Shown here in pieces: positions 42,007 to 60,910 of a DNA stretch of 64,000 nt. Every line of letters starts with the position of its first letter. The first letter of the stretch is position 1. The stretch is taken from positions 192,001 through 256,000 of the forward strand of contig OZ244799.1 of NCBI GenBank assembly GCA_965219955.1, given 5' to 3'. The stretch is from a bacterium (GTDB lineage Bacteria > UBA8248). The notes under the pieces were generated by a model, which did not search any database, was not told the DNA's origin, and saw only the letters and a program-made list of their open reading frames with translations. The translations under genes and the position numbers were made by a program.

Positions 42007-42739
42007 GCGCGAACGCTCTTCTCCCGCATTGCCGTATCCCGATGAGACGGCGGCTATCGTTCCCGCCGCAGGCAAAGGCCTGCGCCTTCCCGGCGTGGTG
42101 GCCAAACAGTTCAGAAGTCTTGCAGGAAAGCCCCTTTTCCATCACTGTCTTTTGCGAATCGCGCGGGCGGGCCTCGTGGGCCGTATCGTCGTGGCGGTTC
42201 CCCCCGGCTCGGACCCGCCCGAGCTTCCCGGTGGAATGGAAGTGGCCGTCGAGGTCGTCGAAGGCGGCGCGCGCCGTCAGGATTCGGTGCGAAACGGGCT
42301 CGCTGCTCTCGGGGAGGGTGTCTCCTGGGTGGTCGTGCACGACGGGGCGCGGCCCCTGGTGACGCGCGGTCTCATAGAGAGGTGCCTGCTCGGCGCGGCG
42401 GAGACGGGCGCCGCCATCGCGGCCCTGCGCGTGGTGGATACGGTGAAGATGGGCGACGCCGAGGGATTCATCGAGGCAACGCGCCCGCGCGAGGGCCTCT
42501 GGCTCGCCCAGACGCCCCAGGCGGCGCGGCGCGAACTGCTCGCCCGCGCGATGGACTGGGCGGACGCAAATGATTTCGAGGGAACCGACGAGGCGGCTCT
42601 GCTGGAAGCGATCGGCGTTCGGGTGAAGCTCGTGGAAGGAAGCGCCGAGAACATCAAGGTGACGTCGCCCGGCGACATGGAGCGCGCGGCGCGCCTGATG
42701 GAACTTGAACGACAAGCCGGAGCGGAGGCTTCCAAATGA
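41975..42739 (+). CDS. ispD: 2-C-methyl-D-erythritol 4-phosphate cytidylyltransferase
   Basis: [23 protein letters not shown]. Confidence 0.95.
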   Translation: MKPNYRKPAPERERSSPALPYPDETAAIVPAAGKGLRLPGVVAKQFRSLAGKPLFHHCLLRIARAGLVGRIVVAVPPGSDPPELPGGMEVAVEVVEGGARRQDSVRNGLAALGEGVSWVVVHDGARPLVTRGLIERCLLGAAETGAAIAALRVVDTVKMGDAEGFIEATRPREGLWLAQTPQAARRELLARAMDWADANDFEGTDEAALLEAIGVRVKLVEGSAENIKVTSPGDMERAARLMELERQAGAEASK

Positions 42740-43218
42740 TTCGAGTCGGGGTAGGCTACGACGTCCACCGCTTCGAGGCGGATCGCAAGCTCGTGCTCGG
42801 CGGCGTGGAGATTCCCTTTGAGCGGGGCCTCGCGGGACACTCCGACGCCGATGCGCTCATCCACGCGCTCATCGACGCGTTGCTGGGCGCGGCGGCCCTG
42901 GGAGACATCGGCGGGCATTTCCCCGATACGGACGAGGCCTATCGTGGCGCGGACAGCCGGGAACTACTCGCGCGCGTAGTGACGCTTCTCGCCGAGCGGG
43001 GCATGAAGCCGAACAACGTGGATGCCGTGGTCGTGGCGCAAAGGCCGAAACTCGCTCCCCATATCCCTGAAATGCGCGAGGTCATCTCCTCCATTCTGGG
43101 GATTCCGCCCGATCGGGTGGGGATCAAGGCGACGACGGGCGAGGGTCTCGGCTTTGCGGGACGCGAGGAGGGCGTCGCGGCGCATGCGGTTTGCACGATA
43201 AGCGTGGAGTCTCCTTGA
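42736..43218 (+). CDS. ispF: 2-C-methyl-D-erythritol 2,4-cyclodiphosphate synthase
   Basis: GYDVH, GHSDAD, GDIG.HFPD. Confidence 0.97.
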   Translation: MIRVGVGYDVHRFEADRKLVLGGVEIPFERGLAGHSDADALIHALIDALLGAAALGDIGGHFPDTDEAYRGADSRELLARVVTLLAERGMKPNNVDAVVVAQRPKLAPHIPEMREVISSILGIPPDRVGIKATTGEGLGFAGREEGVAAHAVCTISVESP

Positions 43219-43311
43219 CGCCCATCGGCGGGGCATGACAAATTCTCCCCCGGACGCGGCCCGGAACAGGTTTTTTACCCCCTCTATCATGCGGGTTCTG
43301 GAGAGAGTCAT

Positions 43312-44775
43312 TTGGGTGTTCAGCTATACAACACGTTGACGAGAAAAAAAGAACCGTTCGAGCCTCTGGAAGAAGGGCGCGTGAAGATGTACGTGTGCGG
43401 GGTGACGGTGTATGACCACTGCCATCTCGGGCACGCGCGCGCCGCCATCGTCTTCGACGTGATTCACCGCTATTTCGAATACCGCGGCTACGATGTTCTC
43501 TTCGTGTGCAACTTCACCGACGTGGACGACAAGATCATCGCCCGCGCCCGGCGCCTCAAGATTCCCATCAATGAGCTGACCGAAAAGTTTATCGGCGAGT
43601 ACTACGTCGACATGGATGCGCTCGGCGTCCGGCGGGCGGATGCCGCCCCGCGCGCCACGGAGAACATCGAGGGCATGATCGAGATGATCGAGAAACTCAT
43701 CGAGAAGGGAACCGCCTACGAGGTTTCGGGGAACGTCTACTTCGACATCGAAAAATTTCCCGGCTACGGCAAGCTTTCGGGACGCAACACCGAAGAGCTG
43801 GAAGCGGGCTACCGCATCGAACCGGGCGAGGGCAAGCGCAACCCGCTCGATTTCGCCCTGTGGAAGGCGGCGAAGCCCGGCGAGCCCGAATGGGAAAGCC
43901 CCTGGGGGCCCGGCCGTCCCGGCTGGCACATCGAATGCTCCGTCATGTCGACCCGCTACCTGGGCGAGCGCTTCGACATCCACGGCGGGGGGGAGGATCT
44001 GGTGTTCCCCCACCATGAGAACGAGATAGCGCAGAGCGAGGGCTGTTTCGGGCATGAGTGGGTGCGCTACTGGGTGCACAACGGCTTCGTGCAGATCAAC
44101 CACGAGAAGATGAGCAAATCGAAGGGCAACTTCTTCACCATCAAGGCGATTCTCGAGGACTATCCCGCCGAGGTGATCCGCTATTTCCTGCTGGGGACGC
44201 ACTACAGGCATCCGGTGGATTATTCGGATCAGGTGGTGGGCGAGGCGCGAAAGGGGCTGGACAGGCTCTACAACGTGCGCTTGAGGCTCGCCCGAAGCGG
44301 CGGGGAGGATACGGAGGGCTGGCGTGAGCGGGTGGAGGAGGCGGTTGCCGCCTTCCGCGCGCAGTTCACAGAAGCCATGGACGATGATTTCAACACTGCG
44401 CGCGCCCTGGGGTATCTCTTCGACTTCGCGCGCCGCGTCAACGGCTTCATCAACGAGGCGGACGCGCTGCCCGAATCCGCGGCAGCGCTCGCGCGGGGCG
44501 TGTTCGATGAAGTGGGCGGGGTTCTGGGCCTGTTCGCCCACTCTCCCGAGGAGTGGTTCCGAAGCGCCGCGAGCGCCGCGCCCGCAGAGGGGGACGAGGG
44601 CCAAAACGGCGCCTTGCGCGATGATGAGATAGAAGCGTTGCTCGAACGCCGCGCGCAAGCGCGGGCCGGCAGGGATTTCCCGGAGGCCGACCGGATCCGG
44701 GAGGAACTCGCGGAGGCCGGCATCGTCCTTGAAGACGGCCCCGGCGGCACGCTCTGGAAGAGAAGAGCGCCGTGA
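43312..44775 (+). CDS. cysS: Cysteine--tRNA ligase
   Basis: [28 protein letters not shown]. Confidence 0.98.
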   Translation: MGVQLYNTLTRKKEPFEPLEEGRVKMYVCGVTVYDHCHLGHARAAIVFDVIHRYFEYRGYDVLFVCNFTDVDDKIIARARRLKIPINELTEKFIGEYYVDMDALGVRRADAAPRATENIEGMIEMIEKLIEKGTAYEVSGNVYFDIEKFPGYGKLSGRNTEELEAGYRIEPGEGKRNPLDFALWKAAKPGEPEWESPWGPGRPGWHIECSVMSTRYLGERFDIHGGGEDLVFPHHENEIAQSEGCFGHEWVRYWVHNGFVQINHEKMSKSKGNFFTIKAILEDYPAEVIRYFLLGTHYRHPVDYSDQVVGEARKGLDRLYNVRLRLARSGGEDTEGWRERVEEAVAAFRAQFTEAMDDDFNTARALGYLFDFARRVNGFINEADALPESAAALARGVFDEVGGVLGLFAHSPEEWFRSAASAAPAEGDEGQNGALRDDEIEALLERRAQARAGRDFPEADRIREELAEAGIVLEDGPGGTLWKRRAP

Positions 44776-44831
44776 CGCCACGGGCGAGCGAGGCCCGGGG
44801 GTACACGCGCGCCACGTCTTCCCGCCTCACT

Positions 44832-45029
44832 GGGCCTGTTGAAAAAACCTGTAATGTCGGCAATGGGATACCGCCTTGCCGAAGGGATTGTAGGGGCCGC
44901 ATATATGCGGCCCGAGTTCCGGCCCGAGTTCCGACGTTGAAAAAGCAGGGACGCATACTATGCGTCCCCTACAAAAACCGCCTTCACGGTCGCGTCAAAT
45001 CCTCGTTAATCGGGGTTTTTCAAAAGTCC
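44832..45029. mobile_element. MITE-like shell carrying a GTAG-REP doublet (44890-44972)
   Basis: gggcctgttgaaaaaacc ... ggtttttcaaaagtcc; cargo resembles 27159-27228. Confidence 0.55.
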
Positions 45030-45049
45030 TTCACTGAAGAGCTTGGCGA

Positions 45050-45838
45050 TTGAGACGCAAACCCGAATACGTCTGCGGCGCGCACAGCGTACTGGCGGCC
45101 CTGGAGCGCGGGCCGGAGCGGGTGAGGCGGCTCTTCATCGCAGGTGGCCGCCGGAACCGCAGGGTAGCCGAGGCGGTGCATCTCGCCGAGTCATCCGGCA
45201 TATCCGTCGAGGCGCTCGATTCCGGGCAGCTCACGAAAAAGGCCGCCACGGCGCAGCATCAAAACCTGGTGGCGGAAGTGCATCCCACGCCGCTGCTCTC
45301 CCTCGATGACCTCATCGAAGCCCAGCCCGCGGCGGCTCCGCCCGTTTTGCTGCTCGACGGTGTGCAGGACCCGAGGAATTTCGGCGCCATCTTGAGAAGC
45401 GCTGCGGCCCTGGGGGCGGGTGGCGTCGTCTGGCCGAAGGACGGCGCCGTGGGCCTCACGCCCGTCGTGGCGAAGGCGGCCGCGGGCGCGCTGGAGGTCG
45501 TGCCGCTCGCGCGCGTGACGAATCTGGCCCGGGCCGTCTCGGCGCTCAAGGAGGCGGGCTACTGGGCGCTGGCGGCGGACGCTCACGGGGATAAAACCCT
45601 GGGCGTCGACGAGCTGCCCCGGCCCTGTTGTCTGGTGGTCGGGGCGGAGGGCAGGGGCGTGCGGCCGCTCGTGCTCAGGAACTGCGACGCGCGCGTGAGG
45701 ATACCCATCGAAGAGGGCGTGGTGTCTTCGCTGAATGCCTCCGTCGCCGCGGCGATCCTGCTCCACGGTGTGCGCGGGACTCGCAGGAGGGGTGAGGACG
45801 CGGCTCAGGCGGAGGACTCTTCCTCGCGAGCGCCTTGA
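45050..45838 (+). CDS. rlmB: 23S rRNA (Gm2251) methyltransferase RlmB (SpoU family)
   Basis: DPRNFGAILRSA, GAEGRG, SLNASVA. Confidence 0.9.
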   Translation: MRRKPEYVCGAHSVLAALERGPERVRRLFIAGGRRNRRVAEAVHLAESSGISVEALDSGQLTKKAATAQHQNLVAEVHPTPLLSLDDLIEAQPAAAPPVLLLDGVQDPRNFGAILRSAAALGAGGVVWPKDGAVGLTPVVAKAAAGALEVVPLARVTNLARAVSALKEAGYWALAADAHGDKTLGVDELPRPCCLVVGAEGRGVRPLVLRNCDARVRIPIEEGVVSSLNASVAAAILLHGVRGTRRRGEDAAQAEDSSSRAP

Positions 45839-45909
45839 TTTCTCCTGAACCGAACTCCGAATCCGTGTCCGTTCCTTGCTTTTCGCTCCCTCAAAGTGGA
45901 TAAAGGGGG

Positions 45910-45938
45910 TTGACAAGGTGGGCCTGCGGGCCTAATTT
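45910..45938 (+). promoter_or_regulatory. sigma70 promoter of the tRNA-tuf operon
   Basis: TTGACA-17bp-TAATTT. Confidence 0.6.
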
Positions 45939-45953
45939 AACCCGCCTTTGTTG

Positions 45954-46029
45954 GCTGGCGTAGCTCAGCTGGTAGAGCAGCTGATTTGTAATCAGCAGGT
46001 CGGAGGTTCGAGTCCTCTCGCCAGCTCCA
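45954..46029 (+). tRNA. tRNA-Thr(TGT)
   Basis: Cloverleaf, anticodon arm ctgat-TTGTAA-tcag, GTTCG, CCA end. Confidence 0.96.
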
Positions 46030-46194
46030 CGGCGGGACGCGCCTCCCGGACCTCGCCGGAGAAAATCCGGGGGAGAATGTCTGCGGTTTTTCTATACGGG
46101 CTTTCAGTGGATGTGACGGCTTCGGGGAATCGATGGTTTCCGCGAGGTTTTCTTGATAGCCTTTATGGTTGTTTTTGATGAAAGGCGGTTTTCG

Positions 46195-46279
46195 GGGGAG
46201 GTTCCCGAGTGGCCAAAGGGATCAGACTGTAAATCTGACGGCTCAGCCTTCGGAGGTTCGAATCCTCCCCTCCCCACCA
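46195..46279 (+). tRNA. tRNA-Tyr(GTA)
   Basis: Anticodon loop CTGTAAA, long variable arm, CCA end. Confidence 0.96.
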
Positions 46280-46326
46280 GCAGATGAATCGTTGAAACGA
46301 CTAGGACGCGCGCTTTGGATTCAGGG

Positions 46327-46402
46327 GCGGGAATAGCTCAGATGGTAGAGCATCAGCCTTCCAAGCTGAGGGTCGCGGGTTCGAGCCCCGTTTCCCGCTC
46401 CA
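46327..46402 (+). tRNA. tRNA-Gly(TCC)
   Basis: GCGGGAA...CTTCCAA...TTCCCGCTCCA. Confidence 0.96.
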
Positions 46403-46581
46403 GGATGATTCGAGGCTATCGCCTTTTCTTGATATGGATTTCATGAACCGGATTTCGGCTCCGGGGGTTGCTCTGGCCGGAATAAGCTGTATTATCCGCC
46501 CGGAACGAACCTCCGGGCGCATCGTTTGCTGAGGTTGCCCTGGCTGGAATACAGGATATTCGCACGCCCGTGACGCAGCCG

Positions 46582-46657
46582 GCCCACGTAGCTCAGTCGG
46601 CAGAGCACTTCCTTGGTAAGGAAGAGGTCACCGGTTCAAGTCCGGTCGTGGGCTCCA
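46582..46657 (+). tRNA. tRNA-Thr(GGT)
   Basis: GCCCACG...TTGGTAA...CGTGGGCTCCA. Confidence 0.96.
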
Positions 46658-46885
46658 GGGCAGGTGGAATTCATTGAAATTTCGAGGTTCGTGCATTATC
46701 CTGCAATTCGCATGAAACGCCGTGGAATCCCTCGGGTTCGCGGAGATTCGCTTTGGCGATGGACAAGGTTTCGCCCGAGCGGGTATAAAGGCGCGTTTTT
46801 CGGGAATGACGAGAAAGAGGGGAAATGGTTCCTCTCCCCCGGAAGATATTATTTTTGAATTTTCAATAGAAGGAGAAGGGAAGCC

Positions 46886-48064
46886 ATGGCGAAGGCGAAG
46901 TTTGAGCGCACGAAGCCGCACGTGAACGTAGGGACGATAGGGCACGTGGACCATGGGAAGACGACGCTGACGGCCGCGATCACGAGGCACCTCTCGCAGA
47001 AGGGGATGGCGGAGGAGATCGGGTTTGACGAGATCGACAAGGCGCCCGAGGAGCGCGAGCGGGGTATCACGATAGCGACGGCGCACGTGGAATACGAGAC
47101 GGAGAACCGCCACTACGCGCACGTCGATTGTCCGGGCCATGCGGACTACGTGAAGAACATGATAACGGGCGCTGCGCAGATGGACGGCGCGATCCTGGTG
47201 GTATCCGCGGCGGACGGGCCGATGCCGCAGACGCGCGAGCACATCCTGCTGGCCCGCCAGGTGGGTGTTCCCTACATCTGCGTGTATCTGAATAAAGTGG
47301 ACATGGTGGACGATGAGGAACTCCTGGAGCTGGTGGAACTCGAAGTCCGCGAGCTTCTCTCGACGTATGAGTTCCCCGGCGACGACATCCCGGTGGTGCC
47401 GGGTTCTGCGCTGCGGGCGCTCGAGGGGAGCGACACCTCCTCGATAGACGCGCTCATGGAGGCGGTGGACGGCTATATCCCCGAACCGGTGCGCGACGTC
47501 GATAAACCCTTCCTGATGCCGGTTGAGGACGTGTTTTCGATATCGGGCCGCGGCACGGTGGCGACGGGCCGGGTGGAGCGGGGCATCGTGAACGTTGGGG
47601 ATGAGGTGGAGATCGTGGGCATCACGGACACGCGGAAGACGGTGGCGACGGGTGTCGAGATGTTCCGGAAGTTGCTGGACCAGGGCCAGGCGGGCGACAA
47701 CGTGGGCGTTCTGCTCAGGGGTGTCAAAAAAGACGAGATAGAACGCGGTCAGGTTCTGGCGGAGCCTGCGTCGATCATGCCGCACCTCAAGTTCAAGGGC
47801 GAGGTGTACATTCTGACGAAAGAAGAGGGTGGCCGGCACACGCCGTTTTTCAACGGCTACCGGCCGCAGTTTTATTTCCGGACGACGGACGTGACGGGTC
47901 TGGTGACGCTTCCCGAGGGCCGTGAGATGGTGATGCCCGGTGACAACGTGTCGCTGGACGTTGAGTTGATCACGCCGATAGCGATGGAGCGCGAGCTTCG
48001 CTTCGCGATACGCGAGGGGGGCCGCACGGTGGGGGCCGGCGTCGTCACGGAAGTCGTCGAGTAG
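46886..48064 (+). CDS. tuf: Elongation factor Tu (copy 1)
   Basis: [29 protein letters not shown]. Confidence 0.99.
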   Translation: MAKAKFERTKPHVNVGTIGHVDHGKTTLTAAITRHLSQKGMAEEIGFDEIDKAPEERERGITIATAHVEYETENRHYAHVDCPGHADYVKNMITGAAQMDGAILVVSAADGPMPQTREHILLARQVGVPYICVYLNKVDMVDDEELLELVELEVRELLSTYEFPGDDIPVVPGSALRALEGSDTSSIDALMEAVDGYIPEPVRDVDKPFLMPVEDVFSISGRGTVATGRVERGIVNVGDEVEIVGITDTRKTVATGVEMFRKLLDQGQAGDNVGVLLRGVKKDEIERGQVLAEPASIMPHLKFKGEVYILTKEEGGRHTPFFNGYRPQFYFRTTDVTGLVTLPEGREMVMPGDNVSLDVELITPIAMERELRFAIREGGRTVGAGVVTEVVE

Positions 48065-48103
48065 AGCAGCTTAAGCGGTCGTTTCGGGACATCAGGTTTC
48101 CAG

Positions 48104-48180
48104 AGGCCAGTGGCTCAATTTGGTAGAGCACCGGACTCCAAATCCGGCGGTTGGGGGTTCGAGTCCCTCCTGGCCTGCCA
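48104..48180 (+). tRNA. tRNA-Trp(CCA)
   Basis: AGGCCAG...CTCCAAA...CTGGCCTGCCA. Confidence 0.96.
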
Positions 48181-48240
48181 TGAACCCGGGGTACGAACCC
48201 CGGTTCGAGAAGATCGGAAGCGGCGGCGGAGAGTGGAAGC

Positions 48241-48456
48241 ATGAGCAATAAGGTGATGGGCTGGATTCATCAGGGGCGCACCTTCCTGCGCGACGTGCAG
48301 AGCGAAGCGAAGCGCGTGACGTGGCTCGATATGCGCCAGACGGCGGCGCAAACCGGCGTCGCCCTCGTGTTCGTCTTTATCATTGCGGTATATCTGGGTC
48401 TTGTCGATTTGGCGTTGTCCCGGGCTGTCAGCTATTTCCTCAATTTCGGTTTCTAG
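48241..48456 (+). CDS. secE: Preprotein translocase subunit SecE
   Basis: EAKRVTW + single TM, located between tRNA-Trp and nusG. Confidence 0.92.
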   Translation: MSNKVMGWIHQGRTFLRDVQSEAKRVTWLDMRQTAAQTGVALVFVFIIAVYLGLVDLALSRAVSYFLNFGF

Positions 48457-48470
48457 AGCAGGGTTTCGGA

Positions 48471-48998
48471 ATGTCCATGAACTGGTATGTGGTGCACACC
48501 TACTCGGGTTTTGAAAACAAGGTGAAGCTCTCGATCGAAGAGCAGTTTCGCGGGAAGGAATACGAGGAAAAACTCGGTGAAATCGTGGTTCCCACCGAGC
48601 AGGTGGTGAAGGTGAAGGGCGGGAAGAGGCGCACGAGTTCCCGGAAATTCTTCCCCGGCTACATCCTGATCCGGATGGAATGCGACGAGGACACCTGGTA
48701 TGTGGTCAAGAACACGCCGAAGGTGACGGGTTTTCTGGGCGGAACGTCCCCGAGTCCTCTCTCGGAAGCCGAGATGGAGAACATCCTCAAGCAGATGAGC
48801 GGAGAGGCCGAGAAGCCCAAGCCCAAGATTGATTTCGAAAAAGGCGAGAGCATCCGGGTGATAGACGGGCCTTTCGTGAACTTCACCGGCGAGATCGACG
48901 AGGTACACCCCGACAGAGGAAAGCTCAAGGTCATGGTCAGCATTTTCGGCCGCGCGACGCCCGTGGAACTCGAGATGCTCCAGGTGGAGAAGGTGTAG
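48471..48998 (+). CDS. nusG: Transcription factor NusG
   Basis: [19 protein letters not shown] domain [15 protein letters not shown]. Confidence 0.98.
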   Translation: MSMNWYVVHTYSGFENKVKLSIEEQFRGKEYEEKLGEIVVPTEQVVKVKGGKRRTSSRKFFPGYILIRMECDEDTWYVVKNTPKVTGFLGGTSPSPLSEAEMENILKQMSGEAEKPKPKIDFEKGESIRVIDGPFVNFTGEIDEVHPDRGKLKVMVSIFGRATPVELEMLQVEKV

Positions 48999-49098
48999 GG
49001 AAAAAAGGTTCATCGGGGGCGCGTTCGCCGGGTCCGGGAAGACCGGCGGAGGCAAAGCCCGGGTGCGGCGTCAGGATTATGCTGTTTGAGAGGGAAAA

Positions 49099-49524
49099 AT
49101 GGCGAAAGAAGCGGTTGGCATCATCAAACTTCAAATACCGGCCGGCCAGGCGAACCCCGCCCCGCCCGTCGGCCCTGCGCTCGGCCAGCAGGGTGTGAAC
49201 ATCATGGAGTTCTGCAAGGCCTTCAACGCGCAGACCCAGGGGAAGGAAGGCACGATTATTCCGGTCGTGATCTCGGTCTATGCGGACAAGAGCTTCACCT
49301 TCATCATGAAGAGTCCGCCCGCCTCCGCTCTCCTGAAGCAGGCCGCCGCTCTGGCGAAAGGTTCCTCCGAACCCGGGCGGGAAGGCGTGGGCTCCGTGAC
49401 GCGCAAGCAACTCGAGGAAATAGCCGAGATCAAGAAAGAGGATTTGAACAGCGCGGACCTCGAAGGGGCCGTCCGGATTATCGAGGGTACGGCCCGCAGC
49501 ATGGGGATCGAGGTCAGCGGGTAG
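49099..49524 (+). CDS. rplK: 50S ribosomal protein L11
   Basis: [13 protein letters not shown]. Confidence 0.98.
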   Translation: MAKEAVGIIKLQIPAGQANPAPPVGPALGQQGVNIMEFCKAFNAQTQGKEGTIIPVVISVYADKSFTFIMKSPPASALLKQAAALAKGSSEPGREGVGSVTRKQLEEIAEIKKEDLNSADLEGAVRIIEGTARSMGIEVSG

Positions 49525-49540
49525 GTTTTTATGGAACGGA

Positions 49541-49579
49541 TGTGGGAGGCGTCCCGGTCGGGCGTCGTTCGAACCACGA
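49541..49579 (+). promoter_or_regulatory. Putative L1-binding autoregulatory leader between rplK and rplA
   Basis: gtgggag...gaaccac hairpin just upstream of the rplA RBS. Confidence 0.5.
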
Positions 49580-49595
49580 AGGAGGAGGCAGGCAA

Positions 49596-50300
49596 ATGCC
49601 CAAGCACGGCAAGAACTACCGAGCAGCCCGGGAGCGAATCGATCGGGAAAAACAAATCCCGCTCTCTGAGGCCGTCGGTCTGGTGAAGGAGATTTCCGCT
49701 GCGAAATTCGACGAGACCGTCGAAATATCCGCCAAGCTCGGCGTAGACCCGCGCCATGCGGAACAAATGGTGAGGGGAAGCGTCGTTTTGCCCAACGGCA
49801 TCGGCAAGGAAGAGCGCGTCGTAGCGTTCGCCAAGGGCGAGAAGGTGGCCGAGGCCAAGGAGGCGGGCGCGGAGTACGTGGGCGCGGATGATCTGGCTGA
49901 GAAGATTCAGGGCGGCTGGATGGAGTTCGACCGCGTGGTGGCGACGCCCGACGTCATGAGCGTCGTGGGCAAGCTCGGGCGGCTGCTCGGGCCCCGCGGC
50001 ATGATGCCCAACCCGAAATCCGGCACCGTTTCCTTCGACGTGGGCCGCATGGTTCGGGAGATCAAGGCGGGCAAGGTGGAATACCGCGTTGACAAGGCGG
50101 GCATCATTCATGCCCCGATCGGAAAGGTGAGCTTTGAGGAGAAGGCGCTCTCCGAGAACATCTCGGCGGTGGTGGACGCGCTCGTTCGCGCGAAGCCCGC
50201 AGCGAGCAAGGGGGTGTACTTCAAGCGCCTCACCATTTCCAGCACGATGGGGCCCGGCGTGCGGGTCGACCACCAGTCTCTTCTCGCGGCACTGAAATAA
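49596..50300 (+). CDS. rplA: 50S ribosomal protein L1
   Basis: [25 protein letters not shown]. Confidence 0.98.
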   Translation: MPKHGKNYRAARERIDREKQIPLSEAVGLVKEISAAKFDETVEISAKLGVDPRHAEQMVRGSVVLPNGIGKEERVVAFAKGEKVAEAKEAGAEYVGADDLAEKIQGGWMEFDRVVATPDVMSVVGKLGRLLGPRGMMPNPKSGTVSFDVGRMVREIKAGKVEYRVDKAGIIHAPIGKVSFEEKALSENISAVVDALVRAKPAASKGVYFKRLTISSTMGPGVRVDHQSLLAALK

Positions 50301-50312
50301 GGAGGCCCCGGA

Positions 50313-50879
50313 ATGGCGACAGCAGTTGTGGAGAAGGGGAGGCTGGCGACGGGCAAAGCGCCCCGCGCCGATAAGACCGAGGCGGTAGAGGCCCTTCAGA
50401 CGCATTTCAACGAGAGCACCTCTTTGGTGTTGTTCGATTACCGGGGGCTGAGCGTCGCGCAAATGACGGCCCTGAGAAAACAGACGCGCGAGGCGGGCGT
50501 CCGTCTCTCCGTCGTCAAGAATACGCTCACCGAGCGCGCGGTGGAGGGCACGGGTTTCGAGGAACTGCGCGGAAGGCTCGTCGGGCCGGTTTCCATCGTG
50601 ACGACCGACGGCGACCCCTCTACGCCCGCCAAGATACTCAAGGAATTCGTGAAGGAAGAGTCCGCCGGCGAAATCAAGGGCGGGGTTCTGGACGGCAGGT
50701 TCCTCGAAACAGCCGAAGTGGAGTCGCTCGCGGAGTTGCCCTCGCGCGAGGTGTTGCTCTCGATGTTGCTTTCCGCCTTGCAGGCCCCCGTGGCGGGTCT
50801 GCCGAGAGTTCTGAACGGCGTCGTTTCCCAGTTGATAAATGTCGTTGACGCCATTGCCAAAAAGAAAGAACAAGTGTAA
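50313..50879 (+). CDS. rplJ: 50S ribosomal protein L10
   Basis: DYRGLSV, VVKNTL, LPSREVL. Confidence 0.96.
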   Translation: MATAVVEKGRLATGKAPRADKTEAVEALQTHFNESTSLVLFDYRGLSVAQMTALRKQTREAGVRLSVVKNTLTERAVEGTGFEELRGRLVGPVSIVTTDGDPSTPAKILKEFVKEESAGEIKGGVLDGRFLETAEVESLAELPSREVLLSMLLSALQAPVAGLPRVLNGVVSQLINVVDAIAKKKEQV

Positions 50880-50983
50880 TATAGTTGTTTGCCCAAAGAA
50901 GGGGGCAAACGGCGAGATTTCCCAAAATTAAATGGCCATGACCTGGCCGATGGTTTCGTGCGAATGCGAGGAAAGGGCGAATT

Positions 50984-51367
50984 GTGGCGACCAAAGAAGA
51001 AGTAATCGATTTCATTGAAAACATGACGGTGATGGAGTTGAGCGAATTCGTCAAGGAGCTCGAGGAGAAGTTCGGCGTGACGGCTGCCGCGCCCATGATG
51101 ATGGCCGGCGCGGGAATGGCGGCGGGCGGCGACGCGGGCGAAGCGGCGGAGGAGAAAACCGAATTCACCGTCAGTCTCACATCCTTTGGTTCGGAAAAAA
51201 TCAAGGTCATCAAGACCGTCCGCGAACTGACCAGCCTGGGTCTCAAGGAGGCGAAAGACTTGGTGGAGAGCGCACCCCAAGCCGTCGTGGAGGCGGTTCC
51301 CAAGGAAGACGCCGAAGCTGCTGCCGACAAGCTCAAAGCGGTTGGAGCGGAGGTGGAAATCACATAG
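50984..51367 (+). CDS. rplL: 50S ribosomal protein L7/L12
   Basis: [21 protein letters not shown]. Confidence 0.98.
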   Translation: MATKEEVIDFIENMTVMELSEFVKELEEKFGVTAAAPMMMAGAGMAAGGDAGEAAEEKTEFTVSLTSFGSEKIKVIKTVRELTSLGLKEAKDLVESAPQAVVEAVPKEDAEAAADKLKAVGAEVEIT

Positions 51368-51460
51368 AGCTCACCCGGGATGCAGACGACCCGATCCTGC
51401 TGGTTGCAGCCGGATCGGCGCATAACCCTAGTCGCCCCCACTTTCTTGAGGTGAGCCAGC

Positions 51461-55507
<4,047 letters not shown>

Positions 55508-55591
55508 ACCTGAATTTTTGAGCCTGTTTGTTTGGCGGTTCCATCGACCGTCGCCCAAGGGATGACGCGCATACTCCCAAGGAGGGTTGAA

Positions 55592-59743
<4,152 letters not shown>

Positions 59744-59778
59744 CCCCTTGAAAATATGCTTTTTTTCCATGCGCGAGG

Positions 59779-59806
59779 TTGACAAGAGCGCGTGTCGGGC
59801 TATAAT
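59779..59806 (+). promoter_or_regulatory. sigma70 promoter of the str operon
   Basis: TTGACA-16bp-TATAAT. Confidence 0.75.
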
Positions 59807-60007
59807 CGCCGCTTCGTTGTCTGGAGTGCGTGGTTCTTGAAGTCGCAGAGCCCTGCAAGTAATTGAAATAATTATGATTATTTGGCTGCCCCATCTCGAG
59901 GCTCAGCCGAAGTCGAAATAAAAGGCCCCGAGATGAGGGCGAAGAACGCTTTGGTCTCGAAAGAGCGGGATTTTTCGGGGCGGCTTTCTCATGATTCGGA
60001 GTGAACG

Positions 60008-60379
60008 GTGCCGACGATCAGCCAGTTGATACGCAAGGGACGCAAGCGGATTCAGACGAAAACCGACTCTCCGGCGCTGCGCAATTGTCCCCAGAAGCGC
60101 GGCGTTTGCGTGCGTGTGTACACGACGACGCCCAAGAAGCCGAACTCGGCGCTCCGGAAGGTCGCGCGCGTGCGCCTCACCAACGGAATGGAGGTGACCA
60201 CCTACATCCCGGGAGAGGGCCACAATCTCCAGGAGCACTCCATCGTCTTGATTCGCGGCGGCCGCGTGAAGGATTTGCCGGGCATCCGCTATCACGTCGT
60301 CCGGGGAACGCTCGACAGCGTGGGCGTGGAGGCGCGCCGCAACGGGCGCTCCAAATACGGGGCCAAAAGACCGAGGTAG
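60008..60379 (+). CDS. rpsL: 30S ribosomal protein S12
   Basis: [20 protein letters not shown]. Confidence 0.99.
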   Translation: MPTISQLIRKGRKRIQTKTDSPALRNCPQKRGVCVRVYTTTPKKPNSALRKVARVRLTNGMEVTTYIPGEGHNLQEHSIVLIRGGRVKDLPGIRYHVVRGTLDSVGVEARRNGRSKYGAKRPR

Positions 60380-60421
60380 TCGGCATTCTCGTTTGAGGTT
60401 CAGCAGGGAGATTCATTTTCC

Positions 60422-60889
60422 ATGGCGAGAAGAAAAAGAGCCACGAAAAGAGTTGTTTTGCCGGATCCGAAGTTCAACGACCGGCTGGTGACCAAGTTCA
60501 TCAACTCCTTGATGCTCAAGGGGAAGAAGAGCCTGGCCGAGCGCGTGTTCTACGGGGCGATGGACGTGGTGGAGGAGAAGATGAAGGAAGACCCCATCAA
60601 GGTGTTCAAGCGCGCCATGGACAACGTGAAGCCCGCGCTCGAAGTCCGCTCCAGGCGCGTGGGAGGCGCGACCTACCAGGTGCCCGTGGAGGTGCGGCCC
60701 GACAGGCGCACGGCGCTGAGCATCCGCTGGATCATCCAGAACGCCCGGAGCCGGGACAGAAGGATAGCGAACGGCCTCGCCGCCGAGATCATGGACGCCG
60801 CGAACGATACGGGAGGCGCCGTTCGCCTCAGGGAAAACACGCACCGCATGGCGGAGGCGAACAAGGCCTTCGCCCATTATCGTTGGTAG
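60422..60889 (+). CDS. rpsG: 30S ribosomal protein S7
   Basis: [27 protein letters not shown]. Confidence 0.99.
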   Translation: MARRKRATKRVVLPDPKFNDRLVTKFINSLMLKGKKSLAERVFYGAMDVVEEKMKEDPIKVFKRAMDNVKPALEVRSRRVGGATYQVPVEVRPDRRTALSIRWIIQNARSRDRRIANGLAAEIMDAANDTGGAVRLRENTHRMAEANKAFAHYRW

Positions 60890-60910
60890 GCTCGAGGGAA
60901 GGATAGAACC

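Noticed and set aside
45948-46858. Small ORFs over the tRNA cluster
   Set aside because: They overlap clear tRNA genes
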